From assembly GCA_963807635.1 (NCBI GenBank), contig CAWEDJ010000054.1, positions 1 to 13,916 of the forward strand: 13,916 nucleotides of DNA, in the 5' to 3' direction. Within the stretch, counting starts at the first letter, position 1. The number at the start of each line of letters is the position of its first letter. This DNA is from an uncultured cyanobacterium. Its GTDB lineage: Bacteria > Cyanobacteriota > Cyanobacteriia > Cyanobacteriales > Microcystaceae. The position numbers and the translations under genes were made by a program. Shown one piece after another: positions 1 to 9,080 of this stretch. A model generated the notes under the pieces. It was given only the letters and a program-made list of their open reading frames with translations. It did not search any database and was not told where the DNA came from.

Positions 1-592
1 ACTTGACTAACTCATTAATCATTTTCTTAATTCGTAATAATTCAGGTGTAAGAACTACCTCTTTTTTATTTTTGTTCTTACTTCCTTTTGGTCGTCCTTG
101 TTCCCGTTTTTCTTGAGGTTTTACTTCTGGAATTGGCGAGATACTACTTTTTTCTACATCCCTCTTGATTACCTGTTCTATCTGAATCGGAAATGAGTGT
201 CTTTGTTCAACACTTACTAACGATAATGTAAAGAAAGATAGTCCCGATATTGGTTTACTGAATAGACTTGAAAAGAACCTATCTAATCCATAAGTTTTTT
301 TGCCCGCTTTCGTTATCACTACCTCGTCTCCTGCCAGCAAATAAACATCGTTTGGAGAGAACAAATGCCGACGAAAAAATATCCAAAATACTGTTGCCCA
401 GGGGATGACTGTATGAAAAAATCTCATCACTGTCCGATAACTACCACCAGTTCCTGCCCAACGGGAGATTCCCAACATTGTCACTCGTCCGCTCATGCCT
501 AACATTGCCATGATAATACGCCTCAACTGACGCATCGTTGTCACTTTTATTTCTGGTACTAGGCATTGCAAGAGTGTTAGTATGTCCAACAT
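1..592 (-). CDS. DDE transposase, N-terminal ~197 aa (runs off the window edge; absent from the ORF track)
   Basis: Manual translation from ATG at 592: MLDILTLLQCLVPEIKVTTMRQLRRIIMAMLGMSGRVTMLGISRW...YLLAGDEVVITKAGKKTYGLDRFFSS...GRPKGSKNK, open to the edge; first catalytic Asp region LAGDE. Confidence 0.85.
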   Translation of the reverse strand, partial: MLDILTLLQCLVPEIKVTTMRQLRRIIMAMLGMSGRVTMLGISRWAGTGGSYRTVMRFFHTVIPWATVFWIFFRRHLFSPNDVYLLAGDEVVITKAGKKTYGLDRFFSSLFSKPISGLSFFTLSLVSVEQRHSFPIQIEQVIKRDVEKSSISPIPEVKPQEKREQGRPKGSKNKNKKEVVLTPELLRIKKMINELVK

Positions 593-688
593 GGGCTGTC
601 TGTGGTTTTCGAGGTGTTGTTTTTGAAGACTATCACTCTACTACATTCAGTCCTCTCTCTTCATCCGCTTTTTTTGGCTAAGGTATTG
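1..688 (-). mobile_element. Partial IS (DDE, IS4/IS701-like); left end near 688, remainder outside the window
   Basis: Contains a transposase 5' part. Minus-strand terminus CAATACCTTAGCCAAAAAAAAGCGG resembles ends I recall for this cyanobacterial IS group. The partner IR and TSD are not visible. Confidence 0.7.
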
Positions 689-762
689 ATTAACTTATTA
701 AATATTGAGCATTAAATGTTCGACACAATCCTGAAAGAAATTCAGGCCAAATCGGTCAATTA

Positions 763-1822
763 CAGCAATTTTCGATCAAACGCACTACAAAAAAGCTATC
801 TCAAAGGCTCAAAGTAGAGACCACAATGTTGGAACCAATCAAGAGCATTTTCATCAGTAATGGTATTGATCGCATTAGTAATAGCTTCGTCAAGAGCCTC
901 GATTGTTCGAGCTTTAGCAGAACGAATAATTTCTTTTAATTTAGACCAACACAACTCAATTGGTGATAAATCTGGCGAATAGGAAGGTAAAAATTTAACC
1001 TTAGCTCCAACAGATTCAATCAGATTTGTAGTGACGGTAGCGTAATGTACAGACAAATTATCCATCACGACAATTGCCCCTGCCCATAACTGAGGTAATA
1101 ATACTTGCTCAATAAAGACTAAAAAACTATCGGTATTTAGACTGCCAGGAAAGGTCATTGAGACAATCAAACCTTCATCACTCATCGCCCCAATTAAAGT
1201 GATGTTTTGTCCTTTATTTCCTGGACGCTCATCATAAACCCTTTCTCCCCCCAGACAACGCGCATAGAGTCTTACCATCGCTAGATTAAGACCCGTCTCA
1301 TCAATAAATATCAGGTTTCTTATATCTATCGTCTCTAGCCAACGTCTAAATTCATAACGCGATTCTTTAACCTTTTCTGTGCCTTGCTCACTTGCTACTA
1401 ATGTTTTTTTTTACGCCCTAATTCTAAACGTGTAAGAGTTTGACTTACCCCCGATATACTTACTTCTATTCCTTTCTCTTGTTGCAATTTTTCTTGGATT
1501 TCTCGTAAATATATATCATTTTGTTCTGCAACTATTTTTTTTAATAATTCTTCGTCTTCACCCTTTATCTTTGAACGGCGATCTCCCCCTTGGGGTTTGG
1601 GTGCTATTTCATTTGTTTGTCGATACCGACGTAAAAAATCGCGAACGAAAGATAAGCTAACCTTAAATCGTTTTGCTAAACCTCTTTGAGTATTTTCTTG
1701 GTTTTGCCATGCCGTTAGTATTCTTTGGCGTAAATCTAGCGAATATGCTGCCATATCTCATTAATTTTTTTAAGTTTTTTTCATGTTACCATACTTGTAG
1801 CGGGTTTGAACGAAATTTGCTG
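763..1822 (-). mobile_element. Complete IS630-family element (1060 bp)
   Basis: 28-bp imperfect terminal IRs (CAGCAATTTTCGATCAAACGCACTACAA vs reverse complement CAGCAAATTTCGTTCAAACCCGCTACAA, 4 mismatches); TA duplication at 761-762 and 1823-1824. Confidence 0.95.
796..1754 (-). CDS. IS630 transposase, two ORFs joined by a -1 frameshift (about 319 aa fusion)
   Basis: OrfA 1398-1754 (MAAYSLDLRQR, HTH) ends at an A9 run (T9 at 1404-1412). The -1 frame continues KKTLVASEQ...IFIDETG...VVMDNLSVH...YSPDLSPIELCW with the DDE triad. Confidence 0.92.
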
Positions 1823-2003
1823 TAGATTATGTGATGACGCTTCATGCCGATGAAGAAATGGAAGCTGATAATTTATCTATTCTGTTGAACAGGCCATCTT
1901 TACAGAGCAAATCCTAGAACGTCAACGCGATCGCCTAACCGCCGAATCAAAATATCGCATTAGAGGTATGGGAATAGACGAGAATGCGATCGAAGTCATT
2001 GTT

Positions 2004-2149
2004 TAGCCAGTCTAAATGAGATGTGAACAGGCAACAGATGAAATCGTTTAATTTCCAAAAGCTCAATTAGCTTCTCTCTATGACTTCTGTTAGAAATAAA
2101 GAATAAGTCAAAAGAGCTTGGAGTTTTCACAATTGATTTAGGTTCGCTA
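2004..2149. mobile_element. 146-bp MITE
   Basis: 24-bp imperfect IRs TAGCcagtCTAAATgagaTGTGAA / TAGCgaacCTAAATcaatTGTGAA (reverse complement). TT on both flanks (2002-2003, 2150-2151). Excision restores GTT-AAA-CTC (V-K-L) of the DUF4258 frame. Confidence 0.85.
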
Positions 2150-2219
2150 TTAAACTCAGTCCAACAGGAAAAATTGTTATCATTACAGTATATGCTCTCT
2201 AAAAAAATCAGAAGATTCA

Positions 2220-2450
2220 ATGACTCAATGTGATATTTGCGGCCAAGAAGGCATAACCCTACGGCATATCTCACGCAGTTATGGTAAAGGCGATAATCTA
2301 TTGGTAATTGAAAATATTCCGATGCGAAGTTGCCCCCATTGTGGCGAAAGCTATCTAACGGCTCAAACACTCCATGAGATTAATAACATTAAAAAACACC
2401 GTCAAACCTTAGCCGTTCAGAAAACCGTTGAAGTTGCAAGCCTTGTTTAA
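2220..2450 (+). CDS. YgiT-type zinc-finger protein (MqsA-family antitoxin-like, no HTH domain)
   Basis: 76 aa, CDIC...LLVIENIPMRSCPHCGESY, two CxxC pairs; typical downstream partner of DUF4258 genes. Confidence 0.9.
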   Translation: MTQCDICGQEGITLRHISRSYGKGDNLLVIENIPMRSCPHCGESYLTAQTLHEINNIKKHRQTLAVQKTVEVASLV

Positions 2451-2507
2451 AATTCAAAGGTCGTTGTAAACATCAATAAAAACGCGATCGCATTAAATCA
2501 AAATCAT

Positions 2508-2540
2508 AAAAAAAAGGAAACTGAAATTTTTCCAGTTCCC
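2508..2540 (-). terminator. Rho-independent terminator of ctpC
   Basis: Minus strand GGGAACTG-loop-CAGTTTCC (8-bp stem with one G-U) followed by T8, 36 nt after the ctpC stop. Confidence 0.75.
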
Positions 2541-2576
2541 CCATATTCTCCTCAATCACTTTTATTTAACAAGCAA

Positions 2577-3866
2577 TTAATTAGAAGCTTGAGGCCCTGC
2601 CCCGCCCTGTTTGGCAATTTCTTGCTTGAGAATTTCAAAAGCTTTAGCAAACTGAGGGTCGGCCATCGTGCCAATTTTATCGCGCTCTTTTTGTAAATCC
2701 TTACGTTGTTGATCCGTCAGTTCAACCACTACGTCAGGCTTAATTCCATGCTTGTTAATATCCGTCCCCTTAGGCGTTAGATATTTCTGAATCGTAACCG
2801 CCAGCCCCGATCCATCTCCCAAGCCGCGAACCGATTGCACTAAACCCTTACCAAAGGTCGTGGTTCCGACTAGTACTGCGCGTTTGTGATCCTGTAAGGC
2901 TCCCGAAAGAATTTCACTGGCACTCGCGGAGCCACCATCCACAAGAACCACGAGGGATTTATTGGTCAAAGCGTTGTTATTGGCACTCTGTTGCTCCACT
3001 TCGCCCCGACGGTCAACGGTAGAAACAATTTTTCCCTCTTCAATCCATTGACGTGCGATTTCTACACTCGTGTAAAGCAATCCCCCTGGGTTAGAACGCA
3101 AATCGAGAATGTAGCCTTTGACTTTTTCTTTTTCCAGATCCTCGATCGCGGTTTTCATCTCATCACTAGCATGGGAACTAAACTGATTGAGTCGAATGTA
3201 TCCGATCTTGCCGATGGGCGTATTTTCGACCTGAGCGCGGACGGGATGAATTTCGATTCTCGCCCGTACTAATGGATAATCAATATTGCGATCGCCGCGT
3301 TGAATGGTCAGAACGACCTTGGTATTGGGTTTACCCCGAATAAGTTTAACCGCATCATCGACTTCCATTCCCTTGGTGGGTTTACCATCAACTTTGACAA
3401 TCACATCCTTAGACAAAATTCCCGCCTTAAAAGCAGGGGTATCCTCAATCGGGGCAATGACCACTAATTGATTTGTTTTTTCATCCTTCGCAAGCTGAAT
3501 ACCAACCCCCGTTAGCTCCCCAGAAGTATCGATCTGCATCGCCTGAAATTCTTCTGGATTCATGAAGCGTGTATAGGGATCGCCCAGTTTCTTTAACATT
3601 TCTCGGACGGCTTTATAACCTTCTTCCTGATTTTTATAGGTTCGTCCTAAATAATCTTTTCTGACTGCCCGCCAATCAACCTGATTAAACGTTCCATCTA
3701 CATAGGTGCGATTGACAATTTGCCAAACTTCGTCAACGACCTCTTTTGGGTTATCTTGAAAGGACGCTTGTGAACGAGCGAGGCGCAACCCCACTCCTGT
3801 TACAGCGATCGTTGCCAAAAGGACGGCGGCTGAACCCAGAACAATCCCGCGTTTTTGTTTAATCAT
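2577..3866 (-). CDS. ctpC: Carboxyl-terminal processing protease (S41A), CtpC-like
   Basis: Signal/anchor N-terminus, DPYTRF, PDZ domain, DLRSNPGG, catalytic SASASE and TFGKG. Closely resembles Synechocystis Slr1751 as I recall it; the paralog name is less certain than the family. Confidence 0.9.
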   Translation of the reverse strand: MIKQKRGIVLGSAAVLLATIAVTGVGLRLARSQASFQDNPKEVVDEVWQIVNRTYVDGTFNQVDWRAVRKDYLGRTYKNQEEGYKAVREMLKKLGDPYTRFMNPEEFQAMQIDTSGELTGVGIQLAKDEKTNQLVVIAPIEDTPAFKAGILSKDVIVKVDGKPTKGMEVDDAVKLIRGKPNTKVVLTIQRGDRNIDYPLVRARIEIHPVRAQVENTPIGKIGYIRLNQFSSHASDEMKTAIEDLEKEKVKGYILDLRSNPGGLLYTSVEIARQWIEEGKIVSTVDRRGEVEQQSANNNALTNKSLVVLVDGGSASASEILSGALQDHKRAVLVGTTTFGKGLVQSVRGLGDGSGLAVTIQKYLTPKGTDINKHGIKPDVVVELTDQQRKDLQKERDKIGTMADPQFAKAFEILKQEIAKQGGAGPQASN

Positions 3867-3974
3867 AACTTTTGTTGTGGTTGAGGGTGAAAATTCATTA
3901 AAAAAAACTACTTTGTTTTAAAATAATTTCTCAATCTAGTTATAACATTTCTGGATAGTGACTGTTGTGATCTC

Positions 3975-4793
3975 ATGATGACGGATTTAATTGTGTCTGA
4001 TTCTCTCAAAAATAGAAGACAAACTCTGAAGAGTCAACGCCGCTTAAAAGTTTGGCAATCCCTTTGGCGGATTTCTGTTCTGCTGGGCATGGTTGGAGGA
4101 TTGTTTTGGTTAATGAGTCGGCCAGAGTGGACAATTCGGGATAAGTCGCAAATTACCCTCAGTGGTAATCAGTTTATCCCGTCTAGTAAGCTGTATGGAT
4201 TACTGCCCCTGAGTTATCCCCAATCGATCTGGCAAATTTCCACCCAAGAACTCGGTGAAAAAATGGAAACGATTCCGCCCCTAGCGAAGGTTGAAATCAC
4301 CCGTCAACTCTTTCCTGCTCAGTTAAATATTGCCGTTCAAGAAAAGCAACCGATCGCGATTGCGGTTTCCAATGAAGGCAAGGGTTTTTTAGACAAAGAA
4401 GGCAACTTTATTGCCCAATCATTTTATGAACCCCTTAAACATGGGCTAAAACTCCCAAATTCCCCCAAATTTCTCGGATATTCTCCTCAGTATAAGAAAT
4501 TTTGGCAAAAAATTTATCCCCTAATCCAATCTTCCCCCGTCAAAATCAGCATGATAGATGGACGCAGTTCGACTAATATCATCTTGGTAACAGAAATTGG
4601 CACAGTCCATCTGGGAGCGGACGTTAATCAACTAACTAAACAAATCCAGACCCTAGCGCGTATGAAAAAACTACCTTCTCGGATTCCCTCTAGCCGAATT
4701 GCCTATCTTGATCTCAGTAACGTCGCTTCTCCGTCCATTCAACTCAAAGCCCAGCCGAAGCCATCATTATTGAGCAATATCAAAAAACCATGA
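3975..4793 (+). CDS. ftsQ: Cell division protein FtsQ/DivIB
   Basis: Basic N-terminus, single TM helix, POTRA-like region (ITRQLFPAQLNIAVQEKQPIA), YLDL near the C-terminus; directly upstream of ftsZ. Confidence 0.92.
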   Translation: MMTDLIVSDSLKNRRQTLKSQRRLKVWQSLWRISVLLGMVGGLFWLMSRPEWTIRDKSQITLSGNQFIPSSKLYGLLPLSYPQSIWQISTQELGEKMETIPPLAKVEITRQLFPAQLNIAVQEKQPIAIAVSNEGKGFLDKEGNFIAQSFYEPLKHGLKLPNSPKFLGYSPQYKKFWQKIYPLIQSSPVKISMIDGRSSTNIILVTEIGTVHLGADVNQLTKQIQTLARMKKLPSRIPSSRIAYLDLSNVASPSIQLKAQPKPSLLSNIKKP

Positions 4794-4828
4794 TAGGATT
4801 TGAAACGATCATCTAATACTCGTTTCTG

Positions 4829-4857
4829 TTGACAAAATTCATTAATGTTTTTAGTCT
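4829..4857 (+). promoter_or_regulatory. Putative sigma70-type promoter for ftsZ
   Basis: TTGACA (4829-4834), 17-bp spacer, TAGTCT (4852-4857) in the ftsQ-ftsZ intergenic region. Confidence 0.6.
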
Positions 4858-5027
4858 AGGGCCGACATTATTGAATAACATAATCGTATAGAGAAAAGTA
4901 ACCCTCAAACGACTGTCCCAATCCATCGACGGTAATATACTTAAATAAATTTACTCAGTAACAATATTTTTTTGATATTCTTCTGATACCCTATAAAACA
5001 ACCGTGCTCTAATTTTGCCTAATTACA

Positions 5028-6293
5028 ATGACTCTGAACAAAGATCTTCCTTCAAGCCATCCCCCCCTTAACAGTGCCGAAGCCAACCAACCTTCGGAGA
5101 GCACGGACAAAACACGCCCCAACACCACACCCCTTTCATCCTTTACGCCTAAACCAGAATCCACTGTGAATTCCAAAACCGATCCCAAGAAACATCAAAT
5201 TCTTCCCAGTAGCGTCGCAAAGATTAAGGTCATTGGGGTAGGCGGCGGCGGTTGTAATGCGGTCAACAGGATGATCAGTGGCGGTGTCAGTGGGATTGAA
5301 TTTTGGGCGATTAATACGGATTCCCAGGCATTAGTTCAATCTTCGGCTCCCCAACGGTTACAGATTGGGCAAAAATTAACACGGGGTTTAGGGGCAGGCG
5401 GAAATCCTGCGATCGGACAAAAAGCCGCAGAGGAGTCACGGGAAGAAATTGCTCGCGCCCTAGAAAATACCGATCTCGTTTTTATTACGGCGGGGATGGG
5501 CGGCGGAACGGGTACAGGAGCGGCCCCCATTGTGGCTGAAATTGCCAAGGAAATCGGTTGTTTGACAGTGGGTATTGTGACTCGTCCTTTTTCCTTTGAA
5601 GGTCGTCGTCGAGCAGCTCAGGCAGAGGAAGGCATTAATGGATTGCAAACCCGCGTGGATACCCTAATTGTCATTCCTAATAATCAATTGTTAACGGTTA
5701 TTCCCGCCGATACACCTCTCCAAGAAGCCTTTCGAGTAGCAGATGATATTCTACGCCAAGGGGTTCAGGGCATTTCCGATATTATTACCATTCCTGGCTT
5801 GGTTAACGTGGATTTTGCCGACGTTCGGGCGATCATGGCCGATGCGGGTTCTGCCTTGATGGGTATTGGTATTGGATCGGGCAAATCACGCGCCAAAGAA
5901 GGGGCAACGGGAGCGATTTCTTCACCGCTCTTGGAATCTTCGATCGAGGGAGCAAAAGGAGTGGTCTTCAATATTACAGGCGGCCGAGATCTGACTCTCC
6001 ACGAAGTTAATATTGCGGCGGAAGCGATTTATGAAGTCGTTGATCCCAATGCGAATATTATTTTTGGTGCTGTTATTGACGAGAAAATGCAGGGAGAAAT
6101 TCGGATTACGGTGATTGCGACGGGTTTTAGTGGAGACTCAATACCAGAGAAAAAAGCGGAAAAAACGGTTAAAGCAGCTATCGCCGTCAATGAACCGTCG
6201 GTTTTTCCTGTTGAAGAGGAAGAAGAATCTCCTAATCCTCCGACCTTAGATATTCCAGCGTTTCTACAAAAACGTCGTTTTCCTAAACCTTAG
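5028..6293 (+). CDS. ftsZ: Cell division protein FtsZ
   Basis: [26 protein letters not shown] signature, NVDFADV loop, C-terminal LDIPAFL peptide; variable N-terminal extension typical of cyanobacteria. Confidence 0.99.
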   Translation: MTLNKDLPSSHPPLNSAEANQPSESTDKTRPNTTPLSSFTPKPESTVNSKTDPKKHQILPSSVAKIKVIGVGGGGCNAVNRMISGGVSGIEFWAINTDSQALVQSSAPQRLQIGQKLTRGLGAGGNPAIGQKAAEESREEIARALENTDLVFITAGMGGGTGTGAAPIVAEIAKEIGCLTVGIVTRPFSFEGRRRAAQAEEGINGLQTRVDTLIVIPNNQLLTVIPADTPLQEAFRVADDILRQGVQGISDIITIPGLVNVDFADVRAIMADAGSALMGIGIGSGKSRAKEGATGAISSPLLESSIEGAKGVVFNITGGRDLTLHEVNIAAEAIYEVVDPNANIIFGAVIDEKMQGEIRITVIATGFSGDSIPEKKAEKTVKAAIAVNEPSVFPVEEEEESPNPPTLDIPAFLQKRRFPKP

Positions 6294-6301
6294 TTTTTGG
6301 A

Positions 6302-7537
6302 TTAATCCCAAATATTTCGTAAACAATTCGCAATTCGAGCCGCCGCGCCTGGTTCTCCCAATCGTTTTTTGCCGTTTTCGGCGATCGCCTGACGTTTTTC
6401 AGGAGAGTTTAAAACAGATTTTAATTCCTTTCCGATTTCTCCTACATTATTAACAAGAATGACTGATTCACCTAATAAATAGGTTTGACGTTTAGCAAAG
6501 TTAGAAGTAAATTGCGGCCCTTCACCAGGCAGACTAAAAACGGGTTTTCCCAGACCGACAAATTGTTCCGTTGCGGTTCCTGCCATTGCGATCGCCAGAT
6601 CAGAAAGATGTAAACAATCTCCATAGGCGTATTGACTCAAAAAAAGTTTGGCGTTGTCTTTTTGAAAGCCGATCGCCTGGGGATCATGAATGGGAATATC
6701 GACTGAATTTAAACTAATTGTTTGCCATTGTTGTTCGATGAGTAGGGCTTTAAAGGAGTCTAAAGCAAGGGAAGGGGCGATCGCGGCTAAAAAACAAATT
6801 TCTTGATCCGTAAATTCTTCAAGAATCTGATTGACGGCTTGTAAAATCAACTGCCAATTGCGTTCTGCTTCAGGCGATCGCGAACCTGGTAACAGCAAAA
6901 TTGTTAGGCTTTTCGGTTGGGTCAAGACTGCTTTGGTTATTACTTCTAAACCGTCCATCATGGGATTACCAAGATCAAAAGTAGGAATAGAAAATTGTTG
7001 TAAATTCTGGCTTGTTAGCCTATCCCTCGGAAATACTGCCTTACATTTTGGACGACTCATTAACCAACGTTCCCAGGGAAAATAATCCGATCCCAAACTG
7101 CGTTCTAAAAAAGAAGTCGAAGCCAACCAGCCATTTTCATCTCGTAAATAATATTCCGATTTCGCTGTCCCAACAAAGGCATATTCTGCTCCACTTATCC
7201 AAGCAAAAATTAAGGGGAGAATATCTCCCACTGCTAAAATTTTTCCGCCTTCTTTGCCCCACTGTCTAATTGATTGGAATTGAGCGAGGGTTAATTGTAA
7301 TAATCCTCCCTGTAAATCTCGCCATAATTCCCGACTGTCCATATAAACAAATCCTCCCGATGGCATTTTTTTCACCCGACCAATCAAGGGAATGTTTAAT
7401 CCTCTGTAGGCGTGTCCTTCACCTACTAGGGGTAAAATCGCTAATTCGGGTGGATTAGGGATTAATTGCAATTTTTCAGCGATTCGGGCGGCGATCGCGT
7501 CTTCCCCATGACCATTACTTAAAATCAGCAATTTCAT
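6302..7537 (-). CDS. Lipid-A-disaccharide synthase-related protein (LpxB-like GT-B fold, cyanobacterial conserved family)
   Basis: SNGHGED start motif, MPSGGF, GNPMMD, LLLPGSR, AMAGTATEQFVGLGKP, GPQF motifs. Confidence 0.85.
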   Translation of the reverse strand: MKLLILSNGHGEDAIAARIAEKLQLIPNPPELAILPLVGEGHAYRGLNIPLIGRVKKMPSGGFVYMDSRELWRDLQGGLLQLTLAQFQSIRQWGKEGGKILAVGDILPLIFAWISGAEYAFVGTAKSEYYLRDENGWLASTSFLERSLGSDYFPWERWLMSRPKCKAVFPRDRLTSQNLQQFSIPTFDLGNPMMDGLEVITKAVLTQPKSLTILLLPGSRSPEAERNWQLILQAVNQILEEFTDQEICFLAAIAPSLALDSFKALLIEQQWQTISLNSVDIPIHDPQAIGFQKDNAKLFLSQYAYGDCLHLSDLAIAMAGTATEQFVGLGKPVFSLPGEGPQFTSNFAKRQTYLLGESVILVNNVGEIGKELKSVLNSPEKRQAIAENGKKRLGEPGAAARIANCLRNIWD

Positions 7538-7638
7538 TTCCCTCAGCTCCAGATTTGGTGACTTTATCCATCATGCCATCGAAGTTTTAACACCGTATAA
7601 AAACACTCTTTTTTGAATAATCGATTCCCCAACCGCTT

Positions 7639-7644
7639 TATAAT
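7639..7644 (+). promoter_or_regulatory. Possible -10 element for tyrS
   Basis: Perfect TATAAT 41 nt upstream of the tyrS ATG; no properly spaced -35. Confidence 0.4.
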
Positions 7645-7685
7645 GATGAGTCTGGCAACGCTCCAATTTTACGTGCAAAAAAATA

Positions 7686-8912
7686 ATGACTGTTGTGAAT
7701 AATTCCTTAAACTGGCTAGATCGCGGAACCCACGAAATTTTTCCCCATCAACCCGACTCTCAAAACTCTCAAGAAAATCTAGAGCAACTGATCATTCAAA
7801 GCGATCGCCCCTTGCGTATCAAATTAGGCATCGATCCCACAGGAACGGATATTCATTTAGGCCATAGCATTCCTTTTCGTAAATTGCGAGCTTTTCAGGA
7901 TGCTGGCCATACGGCAGTTGTCATTATTGGAGATTTTACCGCTCAGATCGGCGATCCCACAGGAAAATCCGAAGTTCGCAAACAATTAACCGCCGAACAA
8001 GTCCGCGAGAATGCCAGAAATTATTTAGAGCAATTGCGTCCGATCTTGGATTTTGATACGCCTGGGCGATTGGAGATTTGTTATAACAGCGATTGGTTGA
8101 GCCAGTTAAATTTGGCTAAAATTCAGGAATTATTAGCGACTATGACCGTTGGGCAGATGTTGGCAAAGGAAGGTTTCTCGGAGCGTTTTACCAAGGAAAA
8201 CCCCATTTTTCTCCATGAATTTCTTTATCCCTTGATGCAGGGCTATGATTCGGTGATGGTGGATGCAGACGTGGAATTGGGCGGAACGGATCAAAAATTT
8301 AATGTGGCAGTCGGTCGAGATTTACAGCGTCATTTTGGAAAAAAGCCCCAATTCGGTTTACTATTACCGATTTTGATTGGAACCGATGGTAGCCAGAAAA
8401 TGTCTAAATCTTTAAATAATTACGTGGGGCTAAAAGAAGATGCCCTATCCATGTATTCAAAGCTAGAAAAAACCCCTGATGCCTTAATTAAGGATTATTT
8501 TGAGCTTTTAACCAATTATTCCCTGGCTGACATTCCTGAAAATCCCAGGGAAGCCCAAAAACTCTTGGCGTTGGAAATTGTGACTCAGTTTCATGGTCAA
8601 GAGGCGGCTCTGATAGTTCAAAAAACGGCTCAAGAGTTGGTAATGCAGGGCAATGCGGCATCGGTAGAGAGTGTACCCGAATTTTCCCTAGATCAGGTAA
8701 CTTTTCCTGCTAAATTGTTTTATTTACTCAATGCCAGTGGTCTCTGTGCCAGTAGTGGAGAGGGTCGTCGTCAAATTCAAGGCGGTTCGGTACGGTTAGA
8801 CGGCGATCGCCTATCAGACGTCAATTTGGCGTTTGAGCAAGCGGCTGATCTCGATAACAAAATATTGCAAGTCGGCAAGAAAAAATTTGTCCGTTTGGTG
8901 ATGAAGCGATAA
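7686..8912 (+). CDS. tyrS: Tyrosine--tRNA ligase
   Basis: GIDPT...HLGH (HIGH), [23 protein letters not shown]-terminal S4 domain ending QVGKKKF. Confidence 0.98.
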   Translation: MTVVNNSLNWLDRGTHEIFPHQPDSQNSQENLEQLIIQSDRPLRIKLGIDPTGTDIHLGHSIPFRKLRAFQDAGHTAVVIIGDFTAQIGDPTGKSEVRKQLTAEQVRENARNYLEQLRPILDFDTPGRLEICYNSDWLSQLNLAKIQELLATMTVGQMLAKEGFSERFTKENPIFLHEFLYPLMQGYDSVMVDADVELGGTDQKFNVAVGRDLQRHFGKKPQFGLLLPILIGTDGSQKMSKSLNNYVGLKEDALSMYSKLEKTPDALIKDYFELLTNYSLADIPENPREAQKLLALEIVTQFHGQEAALIVQKTAQELVMQGNAASVESVPEFSLDQVTFPAKLFYLLNASGLCASSGEGRRQIQGGSVRLDGDRLSDVNLAFEQAADLDNKILQVGKKKFVRLVMKR

Positions 8913-8921
8913 TTCCAATCA

Positions 8922-9004
8922 GATCCCCCTGTCCTACAGACACCCCCCTTATCAAGGGGGGCAGGGGGGATCGAGCGCAAAACTTAATTGTGACCAACTA
9001 CTTA
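8922..9004. repeat. GC-rich REP-like palindromic repeat with CTACTTA-ending tail
   Basis: GATCCCCCTG...CCCCCCTT-ATC-AAGGGGGG-CAGGGGGGATC nested hairpin (8922-8972), then TTAATTGTGACCAACTACTTA, an architecture I recall from dispersed repeats in Microcystis-like genomes. Confidence 0.75.
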
Positions 9005-9080
9005 ACGATAACCCATCGACAGAAGGGACTAAACTGGAAAAATACGTCTGATTATTTTTGATTAGGGAGAAAGAATTTCT

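Larger units (their letters stand above)
716..2202 (+). pseudogene. DUF4258-family (RelE-like) putative toxin pseudogene in three pieces: 716-762, 1825-2003, 2152-2202
   Basis: Removing IS630 and the MITE and allowing frameshifts near 750 and 1882 gives about 92 aa: MFDTILKEIQA-KIGQL/DYVMTLHADEEMEADNLSI-VEQAIFTEQILERQRDRLTAESKYRIRGMGIDENAIEVIV/KLSPTGKIVIITVYAL*. T-x-HA-x-E-E-M and IITVY are typical DUF4258 motifs; lies 17 bp upstream of a YgiT zinc-finger gene. Confidence 0.85.

Noticed and set aside
674..715. Hybrid promoter formed by the IS end upstream of the toxin gene
   Set aside because: TTGGCT and TTGATT hexamers have no convincingly spaced -10 element.
1996..2370. 124-aa minus-strand ORF
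   Set aside because: Antisense to the YgiT gene and toxin tail and runs through the MITE; chance chimera.
3975..6293. Absence of ftsA between ftsQ and ftsZ; long FtsZ N-terminus
   Set aside because: Both are normal for cyanobacteria.
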